A stretch of DNA of 64,000 nt from Dehalococcoidales bacterium (GTDB lineage: Bacteria > Chloroflexota > Dehalococcoidia > Dehalococcoidales > RBG-16-60-22). The notes beneath the pieces were generated by a model. It was not told the origin of the DNA. It searched no databases and worked only from the letters and a program-made list of their open reading frames with translations. The translations under genes were made by a program, and so were the position numbers. Of this stretch, positions 54,887 to 63,459 are shown piece after piece. Each line of letters opens with the position of its first letter. Position 1 is the stretch's first letter. Where the stretch lies: assembly GCA_050018395.1 (NCBI GenBank), contig JBEKAC010000002.1:84429-148428 (forward strand). Reading direction: 5' to 3'.

Positions 54887-56221
54887 TTAGTATTTCCCGT
54901 ATTCTTTGGCGGCATCCATCATGGCGCGGAGGTTTTCCGGTTTAGCCATGTCAAAAGTGGAGCCGCCGCTGAGCATATAGCCGCTGCCCGGGGCACAGGT
55001 CTCGATGAGCCGGCGGCAGTATTCTGTCATTTCCTTGGCCGTGCCGGTATAAGCGACGGACACGGGGACATTACCGACGATGCAGGACACCCTGCCGACG
55101 GTTTTCTTGGCGTTGGCCATGTTCGTCTGGTCGAACATCCAGACGACGGCGGATTTAGGCATGTCCGAGATGTATTCCAGGCGGCGGTTATAAGCGCCTT
55201 CCGCCACCGGGAAAGGCTCGAGGCCTTCTTCCGCCATGCCGAGGAGCAGCCGTTTGAAGGTAGGCCAGTAAAAAATCTCGAACTGCTTATCGGACATGAA
55301 AGCGTCGTCGCCCTTGTGCAGGGGCATCATGACCACGGGGCAGTCGGCGGCATCGGACATGGCGATAGCGCCGCGCAAAAGCTGGGGCAGGACGAACTCC
55401 ATCGCCTCGTGGATTTTATCCGGCTGGCGGAACATGTCCATGACGATGCCCTGCGTGCCGCGCAGGCTGTCCGCGAAGACATCGAAGGGCGCCACGGCCA
55501 TCCCGCCGCGGAACATGGGGAAACCTTTAGCCGCCGCGGCTTGATTGGTCTCGGCGGTGGCTTTGTTCCAGGCCGGGAGATACTGGCTGGCTTCCCAGAT
55601 AGCCTTGAATAGCTTCTGGAAACGGGGGTCCTGGCACATGGCCATCAGGCGCTGCGGCAGGCCCTGGTAAGACGAAAACGAAGGAACATCGGCAAAAGGC
55701 TCGAAGACGCCTATGGTGCGGGGCAAAAGACGCCTTAGCTGAAAATCGAACGGGTCTTTCATGAAAAGGTCGTATTCATCTGCCTTCATGTAGACGCCCT
55801 CGACGTACTGGTAGGAATGAGCGTCATCCGGCAGGCCGTGACCCGGCCATTTCTGCGTTTTGGATTCCAGGATGTCATTGACCCGGGCGTGGAAAAAGAG
55901 CGTGCCGTCAAAGGTATCGGAATCGTATTCATCCACGAACTTGAGCCAGACCTGCTTCATCAGCTCCGGGTCGTACATGCACTGTTTTAGCGTGACGCCG
56001 GCGTTCCAGGCGGGGAACCAGCCGGTGGGTATCATGCAGGGCACGCGGTCCGGTATTTCCATTTTGGTGGCCCGGGCCAGGCGGGTGGCGCGGTCTTTAT
56101 ATCCCTTTTCCGCCTCTTTGTTGGCGAATTTCACGTCCGGGGCGCTGATCCAGTGGTTAAGGCGCAAGTCGCGCCGCTGCTGCCAGGTAAGGTTAGTCCA
56201 ATTATCCGGTCTTTTAAACAC
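54887..56221 (-). CDS. URO-D-superfamily corrinoid-dependent methyltransferase, paralogue C of 7
   Basis: 444 aa. LTWQQRRDLRLNHW, EIPDRVPCMIP, MPLHKGDDAFMS and GSGYMLSGGS. Confidence 0.75.
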   Translation of the reverse strand: MFKRPDNWTNLTWQQRRDLRLNHWISAPDVKFANKEAEKGYKDRATRLARATKMEIPDRVPCMIPTGWFPAWNAGVTLKQCMYDPELMKQVWLKFVDEYDSDTFDGTLFFHARVNDILESKTQKWPGHGLPDDAHSYQYVEGVYMKADEYDLFMKDPFDFQLRRLLPRTIGVFEPFADVPSFSSYQGLPQRLMAMCQDPRFQKLFKAIWEASQYLPAWNKATAETNQAAAAKGFPMFRGGMAVAPFDVFADSLRGTQGIVMDMFRQPDKIHEAMEFVLPQLLRGAIAMSDAADCPVVMMPLHKGDDAFMSDKQFEIFYWPTFKRLLLGMAEEGLEPFPVAEGAYNRRLEYISDMPKSAVVWMFDQTNMANAKKTVGRVSCIVGNVPVSVAYTGTAKEMTEYCRRLIETCAPGSGYMLSGGSTFDMAKPENLRAMMDAAKEYGKY

Positions 56222-56264
56222 TATATACAGCCTCCAATTTTACTAAACAATGCATAGTTTAATG

Positions 56265-56286
56265 CCAATAACCAAGATACAAATTC
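56265..56286. repeat. W motif copy upstream of the paralogue C start
   Basis: ccaataaccaagatacaaattc. Partial inverted partners (ttggttatttgatttgattattgg) lie at 56325-56349. Confidence 0.7.
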
Positions 56287-56381
56287 AAAACAAATTTCAA
56301 GTTCCAATATCCAACGACCAAATGTTTGGTTATTTGATTTGATTATTGGTCTTTATTTGGTCATTGTTTCTTGTGATTTGG

Positions 56382-57728
56382 TTATTTCTTGTATACTCCG
56401 TACTCTTTCGCGGCGTCCATCATGGCCTTAAAGTTTTCAAATTTACCGTGATCGCAACTCGCGCCGCCGCCCAGGACATAGCCGCCGCCCGGAGCGCAGT
56501 CTTTGATGAGCTGCTTGCAGTAGTCCGTTACCTGCTGGGCGGTGCCGGTAATCATGATCGAGGTGGGGACGTTGCCCACGATGCAACAGATGTTTCCGAG
56601 TATCCGCTTGGCTTCCTTCATATCCGTCTGGTCAAACAACCAAACGACACCGGTAGGCGGAGTATCCGTAATCTGCTTCAGCCGGTTCGTGTATTTGCCT
56701 TCCGCGAAAGGCATCGGCACCAGGCCTTCATTAATCATGGCCAGGAGCATGCGGCGGTAAGTGGGCCAGTAGAATTCCGCAAATGCCTTATCAGACATGA
56801 ACATGTCATCGCCTTTATGCAGGGGCATAATGCAAACGGGGCTGTTGGTCATCGGGAAATTTTTAATTGTCGATTCTATAGACAGGTTAAGATACCATTC
56901 CATCGCCTCGTGCAGTTTTTTCGGCTGCCGGAACATGTCCTTGACGATGCCGTGTGTACCGCGCAAAGCATCGGCGAAGTGGTCGAACGGGGCGCCGGCC
57001 ATCATGCCGAAGCCGCCGAGCGGGGGATAGCCTTGCGCCCTGATGTAGCTGTTGATTTCCGTCTGGGCGGCCATATATTTGTTCTGCTCATCAACCATGG
57101 ATTGAAGCTTCTTAACGATGGCTGTCATTTCCGGGTTGGCTAGTATGGAAATAAAAGTCGTCGCGCCCATCATGCCGCGCATCGGCGGCAGGTTTTTGAA
57201 GGGGGCGAAGAAATCCGACGTGCGGGGGAGCATGACGCGGAGATTGTAATCGGTCGGGTCTCGCATATACATATCGTACTCGTCAGCCATCATGTATTCG
57301 CCCTCGACGAACTCGTTCATCCTGGCCGTAACCGGGAGACCGAGGCCGGGGAGCTTTTGCTGCTTTGAAGGGAGTGTTTCGGCGATCTTGCCGGAGGGTA
57401 TGAAAGAGGGGCCGCCGAAGGTATCCATGTCCCCGAAGGCTTTCATGTATTTTTTCCAGATATCAATGCCTTTTTGATAGTCATACATCAGGGTATGGAA
57501 GTCCGACCCCGCCCAGTAAGCCGGGTAGTTCCCGGTGGGCAGCATGACCGGCACGCGGTCCGGCTCTTCCAGCTTGATGGCCTTGATGAAACGGGTGACG
57601 CGCGCTTTATAGAGCTGTTCCGCTTCTTTGTTGACGAATTTGACATCCGGCGGATTGAGCCACCGCTTGAAGCGCTCCTCCCGCCTTTGCTGCCAGGTCA
57701 TGTTTTCCCAGTTAGGTATGCCTTCCAT
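56382..57728 (-). CDS. URO-D-superfamily corrinoid-dependent methyltransferase, paralogue D of 7
   Basis: 448 aa. MTWQQRREERFKRW, EEPDRVPVMLP, MPLHKGDDMFMS and GGGYVLGGGA. Confidence 0.75.
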   Translation of the reverse strand: MEGIPNWENMTWQQRREERFKRWLNPPDVKFVNKEAEQLYKARVTRFIKAIKLEEPDRVPVMLPTGNYPAYWAGSDFHTLMYDYQKGIDIWKKYMKAFGDMDTFGGPSFIPSGKIAETLPSKQQKLPGLGLPVTARMNEFVEGEYMMADEYDMYMRDPTDYNLRVMLPRTSDFFAPFKNLPPMRGMMGATTFISILANPEMTAIVKKLQSMVDEQNKYMAAQTEINSYIRAQGYPPLGGFGMMAGAPFDHFADALRGTHGIVKDMFRQPKKLHEAMEWYLNLSIESTIKNFPMTNSPVCIMPLHKGDDMFMSDKAFAEFYWPTYRRMLLAMINEGLVPMPFAEGKYTNRLKQITDTPPTGVVWLFDQTDMKEAKRILGNICCIVGNVPTSIMITGTAQQVTDYCKQLIKDCAPGGGYVLGGGASCDHGKFENFKAMMDAAKEYGVYKK

Positions 57729-57771
57729 TAAAATCCTCCTAAATTACTAAATGATAACAAGTACGCGCTCC

Positions 57772-57887
57772 GTCATTGCGAGGAGTCCCGATAAAATCGG
57801 GACGACGAAGCAATCCCGCTGATTAACCGTGAGATTGCTTCGCCCCGATGGTTCGACAGGCTCACCATGAGCGGGGCTCGCAATAAC
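57772..57887. repeat. MITE-like long imperfect palindrome, second copy of the GTCATTGCGAGGAG family
   Basis: gtcattgcgaggagtcccgataaaatcgggacgacgaagcaatc ... gagattgcttcgcc...ggggctcgcaataac. Confidence 0.75.
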
Positions 57888-57896
57888 AATTATACC

Positions 57897-59237
57897 CTAA
57901 TACTTCCCGTACTCCTTGGCCGCCGCCATCATCGCCCGCAGGTTCTCCGGGTTGCCGATGTCCATGAAGGCGCTGGCGGTCAGGATATAGCCGCTGCCCG
58001 GCGCGCAAATCTCAATCAGCTCGCGGCAGAGCTGCTTCACTTCTTGCGGCTTACCGGTGACCATGACGGTGACCGGCACATTGCCGGCGAAACAGGTGTG
58101 CCCGCCGAGGACTTGCTTGGCTTTGACCATGTTCATTTTTTCAAAATACCAGACGACCGATGTCCGCGGCATGTCCCTGATAATTTCCAGGCGCGGCTCG
58201 TAATCGCCTTCGGCGAAGGGCAGCGGCACCAGCCCCTCGTTAATGAGGCCCAGCATGACCGCTTTAAATGACGGCCAGTAAAACTCCTCGAACTGCTTAT
58301 TAGACATAAAGCCGCCCGTGCCTTTATGCAGCGGCATGAAAACCAGCGGGGAGGCATCCGCATCGGCGGCGCTGACCGATTCGTTGATGGCGATAGGCAC
58401 GAGCCTGGCCATGGCTTCGTGCAGCTTGGCCGGCCGCTGGAACATGTCCATCATGATGCCTTGGGTGCCCCTTAACCAGTCCCCGACCATATCAAAGGGC
58501 GCCCCGTTCATCCCGCCCCAGACGTTAGGGAAACCGGCGGCCAGCGCCGCCCGGCCTACCTCGCCGACGGTGGCCGCCCATTTAGCGGCTTCCTGCCCGG
58601 CTTCGAGCAATTTAAGGTAGGCGGCGCGGACTTCGGGGTCGCCGAAACTCACCACGTAATTGGCCGGTATCCCGATGAACGGCGTGAGGGGCCCGAGCTT
58701 GCTCAAGCCTTTCAGGGCGCCGTTGGAGCGGGGCATGAACCACCGCTGGAGATAATCCGCCGGGTCGCGGATAAGGTCATCGTATTCCTGCGGTTTCATA
58801 TATTCGCCCTCGATAAACTGGTGTGAGGGCGCATTATCGGCGAGGCCGTGCCCCGGCCATTTCTGGATATTGTAATCTAGGATTTCCAGCACCCTGCCCG
58901 GGAAGACCAGGCCGGGCGGGATAAAGGAATCCATATCAAAATCATGCAGGAATTTCAGCCAGACGCGTTTGAGCTCGGCGTAATCATACATCACTTTTTT
59001 CAGGTTAACGCCGGCATAGACGGCCGGGTAATACTCCACCGGCATGATGACCGGCACGCGGTCCGGTTTTTCCAGTTTGATGGCCTTGATGAAACGCGTG
59101 ACGCGTGTTTTATAAAGCTGTTCCGCTTCTTTGTTGACGTACTTCACACCCGGCGGGTTGAGCCATTTCTCAAAGCGCACTTCGCGCTTTTCCTGCCAGG
59201 TCATATCCGCCCATTTTTTTTGTTCAGCTATTTCCAT
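57897..59237 (-). CDS. URO-D-superfamily corrinoid-dependent methyltransferase, paralogue E of 7
   Basis: 446 aa. MTWQEKREVRFEKW, EKPDRVPVIMP, MPLHKGTGGFMS and GSGYILTASA. Confidence 0.75.
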   Translation of the reverse strand: MEIAEQKKWADMTWQEKREVRFEKWLNPPGVKYVNKEAEQLYKTRVTRFIKAIKLEKPDRVPVIMPVEYYPAVYAGVNLKKVMYDYAELKRVWLKFLHDFDMDSFIPPGLVFPGRVLEILDYNIQKWPGHGLADNAPSHQFIEGEYMKPQEYDDLIRDPADYLQRWFMPRSNGALKGLSKLGPLTPFIGIPANYVVSFGDPEVRAAYLKLLEAGQEAAKWAATVGEVGRAALAAGFPNVWGGMNGAPFDMVGDWLRGTQGIMMDMFQRPAKLHEAMARLVPIAINESVSAADADASPLVFMPLHKGTGGFMSNKQFEEFYWPSFKAVMLGLINEGLVPLPFAEGDYEPRLEIIRDMPRTSVVWYFEKMNMVKAKQVLGGHTCFAGNVPVTVMVTGKPQEVKQLCRELIEICAPGSGYILTASAFMDIGNPENLRAMMAAAKEYGKY

Positions 59238-59243
59238 ATCCCT

Positions 59244-59283
59244 CCAATAACGACCAATAATTCATTTGGTTATTGTATCTTGG
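59244..59283. repeat. W motif copy (imperfect hairpin) just upstream of the paralogue E start
   Basis: ccaataacgaccaataattcatTTGGTTATTGTATCTTGG. Confidence 0.7.
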
Positions 59284-59444
59284 GATTTGGAGTTTTCGCC
59301 TGTTGCTGGCGTTTCTGCACCGGGGTCATCTTTGCCGTTTGTTCTGCCATAATCCTGCCCTTAATTGCCGGTAGATTAGCGGCCGCCATGCTATTAAGAA
59401 TGCCCCTTGCCCTCCGGTGGTAAGACAGGGCTCGTTAAAAACGT

Positions 59445-60782
59445 CTATTTATAATAGCCGTATTCTTCGGCGGCCTCGAGGATGGCGTGCAGATTCGCCG
59501 GGTCGCATTTATCGATGCCGGAGCCGAGCGAAAGGATATAGCCGCCGCCCTTGCCGCAGGTCTCGATAAGCTTGCGGCAGTACTCCTTGATGACCGGCGG
59601 GGTCAGCGTGTAAAGCTGCGCCGCGGTAACATTGCCGGAGATGCAGGCGGCATTGCCCAGGATTTTCTTGGCCAGGAACATATCCGTCTTTTCCATCGTC
59701 CAGACCACCGAGCTGCGGGGCAGCTCGCTGATAATTTTGAGGCGGGCTTCATTGTAGCTGCCGTCGATGACCATCATCGGCACGCAGCCTTCTTTAATGC
59801 ACCCCAGCAGGAGCTTGCGGAAGGTGGGCCAGTAGAATTTCTCGAACTGCTTCACGGACATAAAGCTGTCATCGCCCTTGTGCATCGGCACGAAAACTAC
59901 CGGGCTTTTAGCCATGTTGACCATACCTACTGCCGATTCGATGGTGCGGTCGGCGATGACGTCCAGCGTCTCCAGCAGTTTTTCCGGCTGGCGGTACATA
60001 TCCATGACGGAGCCGTGCGTCCCGCGGAGCATGTCCGCCACGGTATCGAAGGGCGCCAGCATCACGCCGCCCGCTAACGGGGGATAGCCGTAGGCTAACG
60101 AAAGGCGGAGGCATTCGCCCATCACCTTCTGATACTTGGCGCTTTCTTTAGCGGCCGCCTGGATAGCTTTAAACAGCTTCTGGAACTTGGGGTCGAGGCA
60201 AAGCATCATGAGGCGCTCGGGAAGGCCCTGGTAAGAGGAAAAAGAGGGCAAATCGGCCAGCGGCTCGAAGGCGCCCCAGGTGCGGGGGGTAAAGTGCCGC
60301 AGGCCGAAATCGAAGGGGTCTTTCATGAAAAGGTCGTACTCGTCCGCCTGCATATACTCTTTTTCCACGAAGTTGTGCATGGTGGTCGTGTCCGGCAGGC
60401 CGTGGCCGGGCCACTTGTTCACTTTATAATCGAGGATTTCATAGGCCCGGCCGGAGAAAAACCCCGGGCCGTCATTGGAATCCTGTTCGTAATCTTTGAG
60501 CCATTTCTCCCAGGCGGGTTTGATAATATCCGGGTTATAGAGCATGTCTTTAAGGGTGTACCCGGCGTTGTAGGCGATCATGGAGTTGCCGGCGATGTGT
60601 ACCGGCACGCGGTCCGGTATCTCCATCTTGATGGCTTTAATCATCCGGTTGGCGCGGGTGGCATATTTTTTAGCCATCGCCGGGCTGTTGAATTTGATGC
60701 CGGTGGTATCCAGCCACTTCTTGAAACGCTCGTCGCGTTTTTCCTGCCAGGTCAAGTCCTGCCAGCTTTTTTCGGTCTCCAT
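59445..60782 (-). CDS. URO-D-superfamily corrinoid-dependent methyltransferase, paralogue F of 7
   Basis: 445 aa. LTWQEKRDERFKKW, EIPDRVPVHIA, VPMHKGDDSFMS and GGGYILSLGS. Confidence 0.75.
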   Translation of the reverse strand: METEKSWQDLTWQEKRDERFKKWLDTTGIKFNSPAMAKKYATRANRMIKAIKMEIPDRVPVHIAGNSMIAYNAGYTLKDMLYNPDIIKPAWEKWLKDYEQDSNDGPGFFSGRAYEILDYKVNKWPGHGLPDTTTMHNFVEKEYMQADEYDLFMKDPFDFGLRHFTPRTWGAFEPLADLPSFSSYQGLPERLMMLCLDPKFQKLFKAIQAAAKESAKYQKVMGECLRLSLAYGYPPLAGGVMLAPFDTVADMLRGTHGSVMDMYRQPEKLLETLDVIADRTIESAVGMVNMAKSPVVFVPMHKGDDSFMSVKQFEKFYWPTFRKLLLGCIKEGCVPMMVIDGSYNEARLKIISELPRSSVVWTMEKTDMFLAKKILGNAACISGNVTAAQLYTLTPPVIKEYCRKLIETCGKGGGYILSLGSGIDKCDPANLHAILEAAEEYGYYK

Positions 60783-60830
60783 ACCAGTCGTCCCCCGCTA
60801 AATATACAGAATAAAAGGTCTAAAAAGAAT

Positions 60831-60893
60831 GACCAATAATCAAGATACAATAACCAAGTCGGGTTTAATCAAACGTTTGGTTATTGTATCTCG
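60831..60893. repeat. W motif as a near-perfect 17-bp-stem hairpin between paralogues G and F
   Basis: CAAGATACAATAACCAA (60841-60857), a 19-nt loop, then TTGGTTATTGTATCTCG (60877-60893). 16 of 17 positions are complementary. Confidence 0.8.
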
Positions 60894-60904
60894 TGATTCG
60901 TTTT

Positions 60905-62236
60905 TTATTTATAGACGCCGTATTCTTTAGCCGCGGCCATCATCGCCCGCAGGTTTTCCGGGTTGCCTTCATCGACGTTGGCGCCGCCGGCCAGGACATA
61001 ACCGCCGCCTTTGCCGCAGACCTCGATGAGTTTCCGGCAGTGTTCCTTCATCTGCTGGGGTGTGCCCGTCATTATCAGGGAAGTGGGTACGTTGCCGAGG
61101 ATACAGCATCTATCGCCGATCTTTTCTTTAGCTTTAAAGATATCCGTCTGGTCGAAGTACCAGCCGACGGAGCCTTTGGGGAAATCGCCGATGATATCGA
61201 GGCGCTTATTATAGCTGCCTTCGGCGAAGAGTATCGGGAAAATCCCCTCGTTCACCAGCGCCATGACCACTTTTTTAAAGGTGGGCCAGTAGAAAGTCTC
61301 GTACTGCTTGATGGACATGAAGCTATCGGCGCCCTTGTGCAGCGGGAAAATAACGATGGGTGCCGTGGCATTTTCCACCGAGGAAATCGCCGCCTGGATG
61401 GTGATGGGGGCGATTCTTTCCATGGCAGCCTGGAGCTTGGCCGGCCGCTGGAACATGTCCATCATGATACCCTGGGTGCCCCGCAGCGTATCGCCGAGGG
61501 TATCGAAGGGCGCCTTGGCCAGCCCGCTCATGAAGCCGGGGTAGCCCATGGCTAAAGCTTCTACCGCCACCTCGCCGACGTAGGTTATCCACCGCATGGT
61601 TTCCTCGCCGGCTTTCATCAGGGCGTTGAAGCCCGCCTGCACTTCCGGCAGGCCGAATGGCAGGAAGGACTGGATGGCGATTTCTTCAAAAGTGGTCCAG
61701 GCCGGCAGCTGCGGAAAGGCCTTTAGCGCGCCGAAGACCCGGGGCATGTAGGTGCGCAGCCAGAAATCGGACGGGTCCCGGATTAAAGCGTCGTATTCAT
61801 CCGGCTTCATCCACTCGCCTTCGACCGCCTGGTAGGAAAGCGTGGTCTTGGAAAGACCGTGACCCGGCCATTTATACAGCTTGTAGTCGACGGCGTCCAG
61901 GGCCCGGCCCGGGGGCACAAGGGCGGGGGGAACGTAGGTATCCGCCTCGAAATCGTGAAGCAGTTTCAGCCAGGCGCTTTTCATCTTGGGATAGTCGTAC
62001 ATCACCTCGCCGAGGTTGGTGCCGGCGTAGGACGCGGCGAAAAACCCCGTGGGCAGGATGCACGGTACCCTGTCCGGTTTTTTCAGTATCAGGGCGTTAG
62101 AGAACCGCGAAACCCTGGCTTTATAGTCTTTCTCTGCCTGCGGACTGGCAAATTTAACACCAGGCGGAGAAAGCCACCGCTTAAAGCGTCGTTCCCGCTT
62201 TTCTTCAGGAGATAACTCCGCCCATGTCTTGTCCAT
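60905..62236 (-). CDS. URO-D-superfamily corrinoid-dependent methyltransferase, paralogue G of 7
   Basis: The start is taken at MDKTWAELSPEEKRERRFKRW (ATG 62236), one nt after the corrinoid-protein stop. KKPDRVPCILP, FPLHKGADSFMS and GGGYVLAGGA. Confidence 0.75.
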   Translation of the reverse strand: MDKTWAELSPEEKRERRFKRWLSPPGVKFASPQAEKDYKARVSRFSNALILKKPDRVPCILPTGFFAASYAGTNLGEVMYDYPKMKSAWLKLLHDFEADTYVPPALVPPGRALDAVDYKLYKWPGHGLSKTTLSYQAVEGEWMKPDEYDALIRDPSDFWLRTYMPRVFGALKAFPQLPAWTTFEEIAIQSFLPFGLPEVQAGFNALMKAGEETMRWITYVGEVAVEALAMGYPGFMSGLAKAPFDTLGDTLRGTQGIMMDMFQRPAKLQAAMERIAPITIQAAISSVENATAPIVIFPLHKGADSFMSIKQYETFYWPTFKKVVMALVNEGIFPILFAEGSYNKRLDIIGDFPKGSVGWYFDQTDIFKAKEKIGDRCCILGNVPTSLIMTGTPQQMKEHCRKLIEVCGKGGGYVLAGGANVDEGNPENLRAMMAAAKEYGVYK

Positions 62237-62237
62237 G

Positions 62238-62873
62238 TTAGCTGACACCATACCACTTCTTGGCGAGGGTGACAGCCGCCATGGCATCTTTACCGAAGGC
62301 ATCGGCCTTGGCGTACTTGCGGACCTCGTCGTCCATCTGGCCGCCGCCGATCATAATTTTAATGTTCTTGCGCAGGCCGGCTTTATCCAGCGCCTCGACG
62401 GTCTCTTTCATGGCATCGAAGGCCGGGGTAAGGAAGCCGCTCAAACCGAGGACCGGCGCCTTGGAATCTTTCATCGCTTTGACGAACTTGTCGACGGGGA
62501 CATCGACGCCGAGGTTGGTGACCTCGAAGCCGTTAACGTCCAGCATGAAATCGACGATGTTGAGGCCGATATCATGAATATCGCCGGCCACGGTGCCGAT
62601 GACAACCTTGCCGATTTTCTTTACTTTGGTCCCGCCGCTGGTAAGGTGGGGCCTTAAAATCTCGGTAACCTGCCGGAGAAGCTCGCCGGAAAACACGAGT
62701 TCCGGTAGGAAATACTCGCCGGCGGCGAACCGCTTGCCGACGATCCCCATTGCCTTCGTGTTGTCCTCCAGGATTTTGTTCGGGTCTTCTTTATTAGCCA
62801 AGCGCTGTTTGAGCAGCTTGAGGACCTCTTCCTCTTTGAGATCCGCCATCAGGTTTACATAGTCTTCGGGCAT
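62238..62873 (-). CDS. Cobalamin (corrinoid)-binding protein, MtaC/MtbC/MtvC-like
   Basis: B12-binding motif GDIHDIGLNIV (DxHxxG), SGF..P and IMIGG. AAGGAGG RBS lies before ATG 62873 (MPEDYVNLMADLKEEEV). Confidence 0.85.
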   Translation of the reverse strand: MPEDYVNLMADLKEEEVLKLLKQRLANKEDPNKILEDNTKAMGIVGKRFAAGEYFLPELVFSGELLRQVTEILRPHLTSGGTKVKKIGKVVIGTVAGDIHDIGLNIVDFMLDVNGFEVTNLGVDVPVDKFVKAMKDSKAPVLGLSGFLTPAFDAMKETVEALDKAGLRKNIKIMIGGGQMDDEVRKYAKADAFGKDAMAAVTLAKKWYGVS

Positions 62874-63098
62874 ACCTTCTTCCTCCTTAGTTTTTTTGGT
62901 AATTACCTTAGATTGAAACGACAAGCCTGATTCATCTCAAGTGCAAATCGTTCATGGCGAGTATATCAATGCCGCCATAAAAAGTCAAATGTTACCATTT
63001 AAAGAGGTTAGTTAAGTCAACTTACAGGTTTTTTATATCCGGTAATGCCCGTGTTCTTTACAACCCGGGGCTTTTGGTTTAAAATTATAGGGCTTCGG

Positions 63099-63173
<75 letters not shown>

Positions 63174-63344
63174 ACATCTTCTTCCCAACCAGAAAGTCGT
63201 CCCGACGCCAATCGGGGTCTCCCGCTTCAATGCCTGCTTCCCAAGCAAAAGGTCGTCCCGATGCCAATCGGGATCTCTCGCTCCAACTGTTTAGCTTCCC
63301 AGGCAGAAAGTCGTCCCGATGCCAATCGGGGTCTCCCGCTCCAA
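63174..63344 (+). repeat. Three tandem units of about 57 bp, each mimicking the 3' half of tRNA-Gly(CCC)
   Basis: Units are 63174-63230, 63231-63286 and 63287-63344. Each has an anticodon-arm-like gcttcccaagcaaa, a replaced T-arm hairpin GTCCCGAT-gcca-ATCGGGAT, and ctcccgctccaa. Confidence 0.85.
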
Positions 63345-63459
63345 TGAACAGCAAAGAGGCGAAACGTTATTTTGAGATGCTCGCCCTTTTTTTCGACGCC
63401 AGTGATTACTTTTCCGGTTTCCTCATATCGCGTCTTTAAAAATATGCTATAATGGGCAC

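Noticed and set aside
51761-62236. In-frame amber (pyrrolysine) codons in the methyltransferase paralogues
   Set aside because: All seven ORFs are uninterrupted. Pyl-containing MttB/MtbB/MtmB families are unrelated to the URO-D fold.
62874-63098. Cobalamin riboswitch upstream of the corrinoid-protein operon
   Set aside because: I looked for the conserved B12-box-like core on the minus strand and did not recognise it. I cannot exclude it without an Infernal scan.
63174-63344. Possibility that the tandem repeats are a CRISPR array
   Set aside because: The units are contiguous with no unique spacers, are clearly derived from the adjacent tRNA, and no cas genes are nearby.
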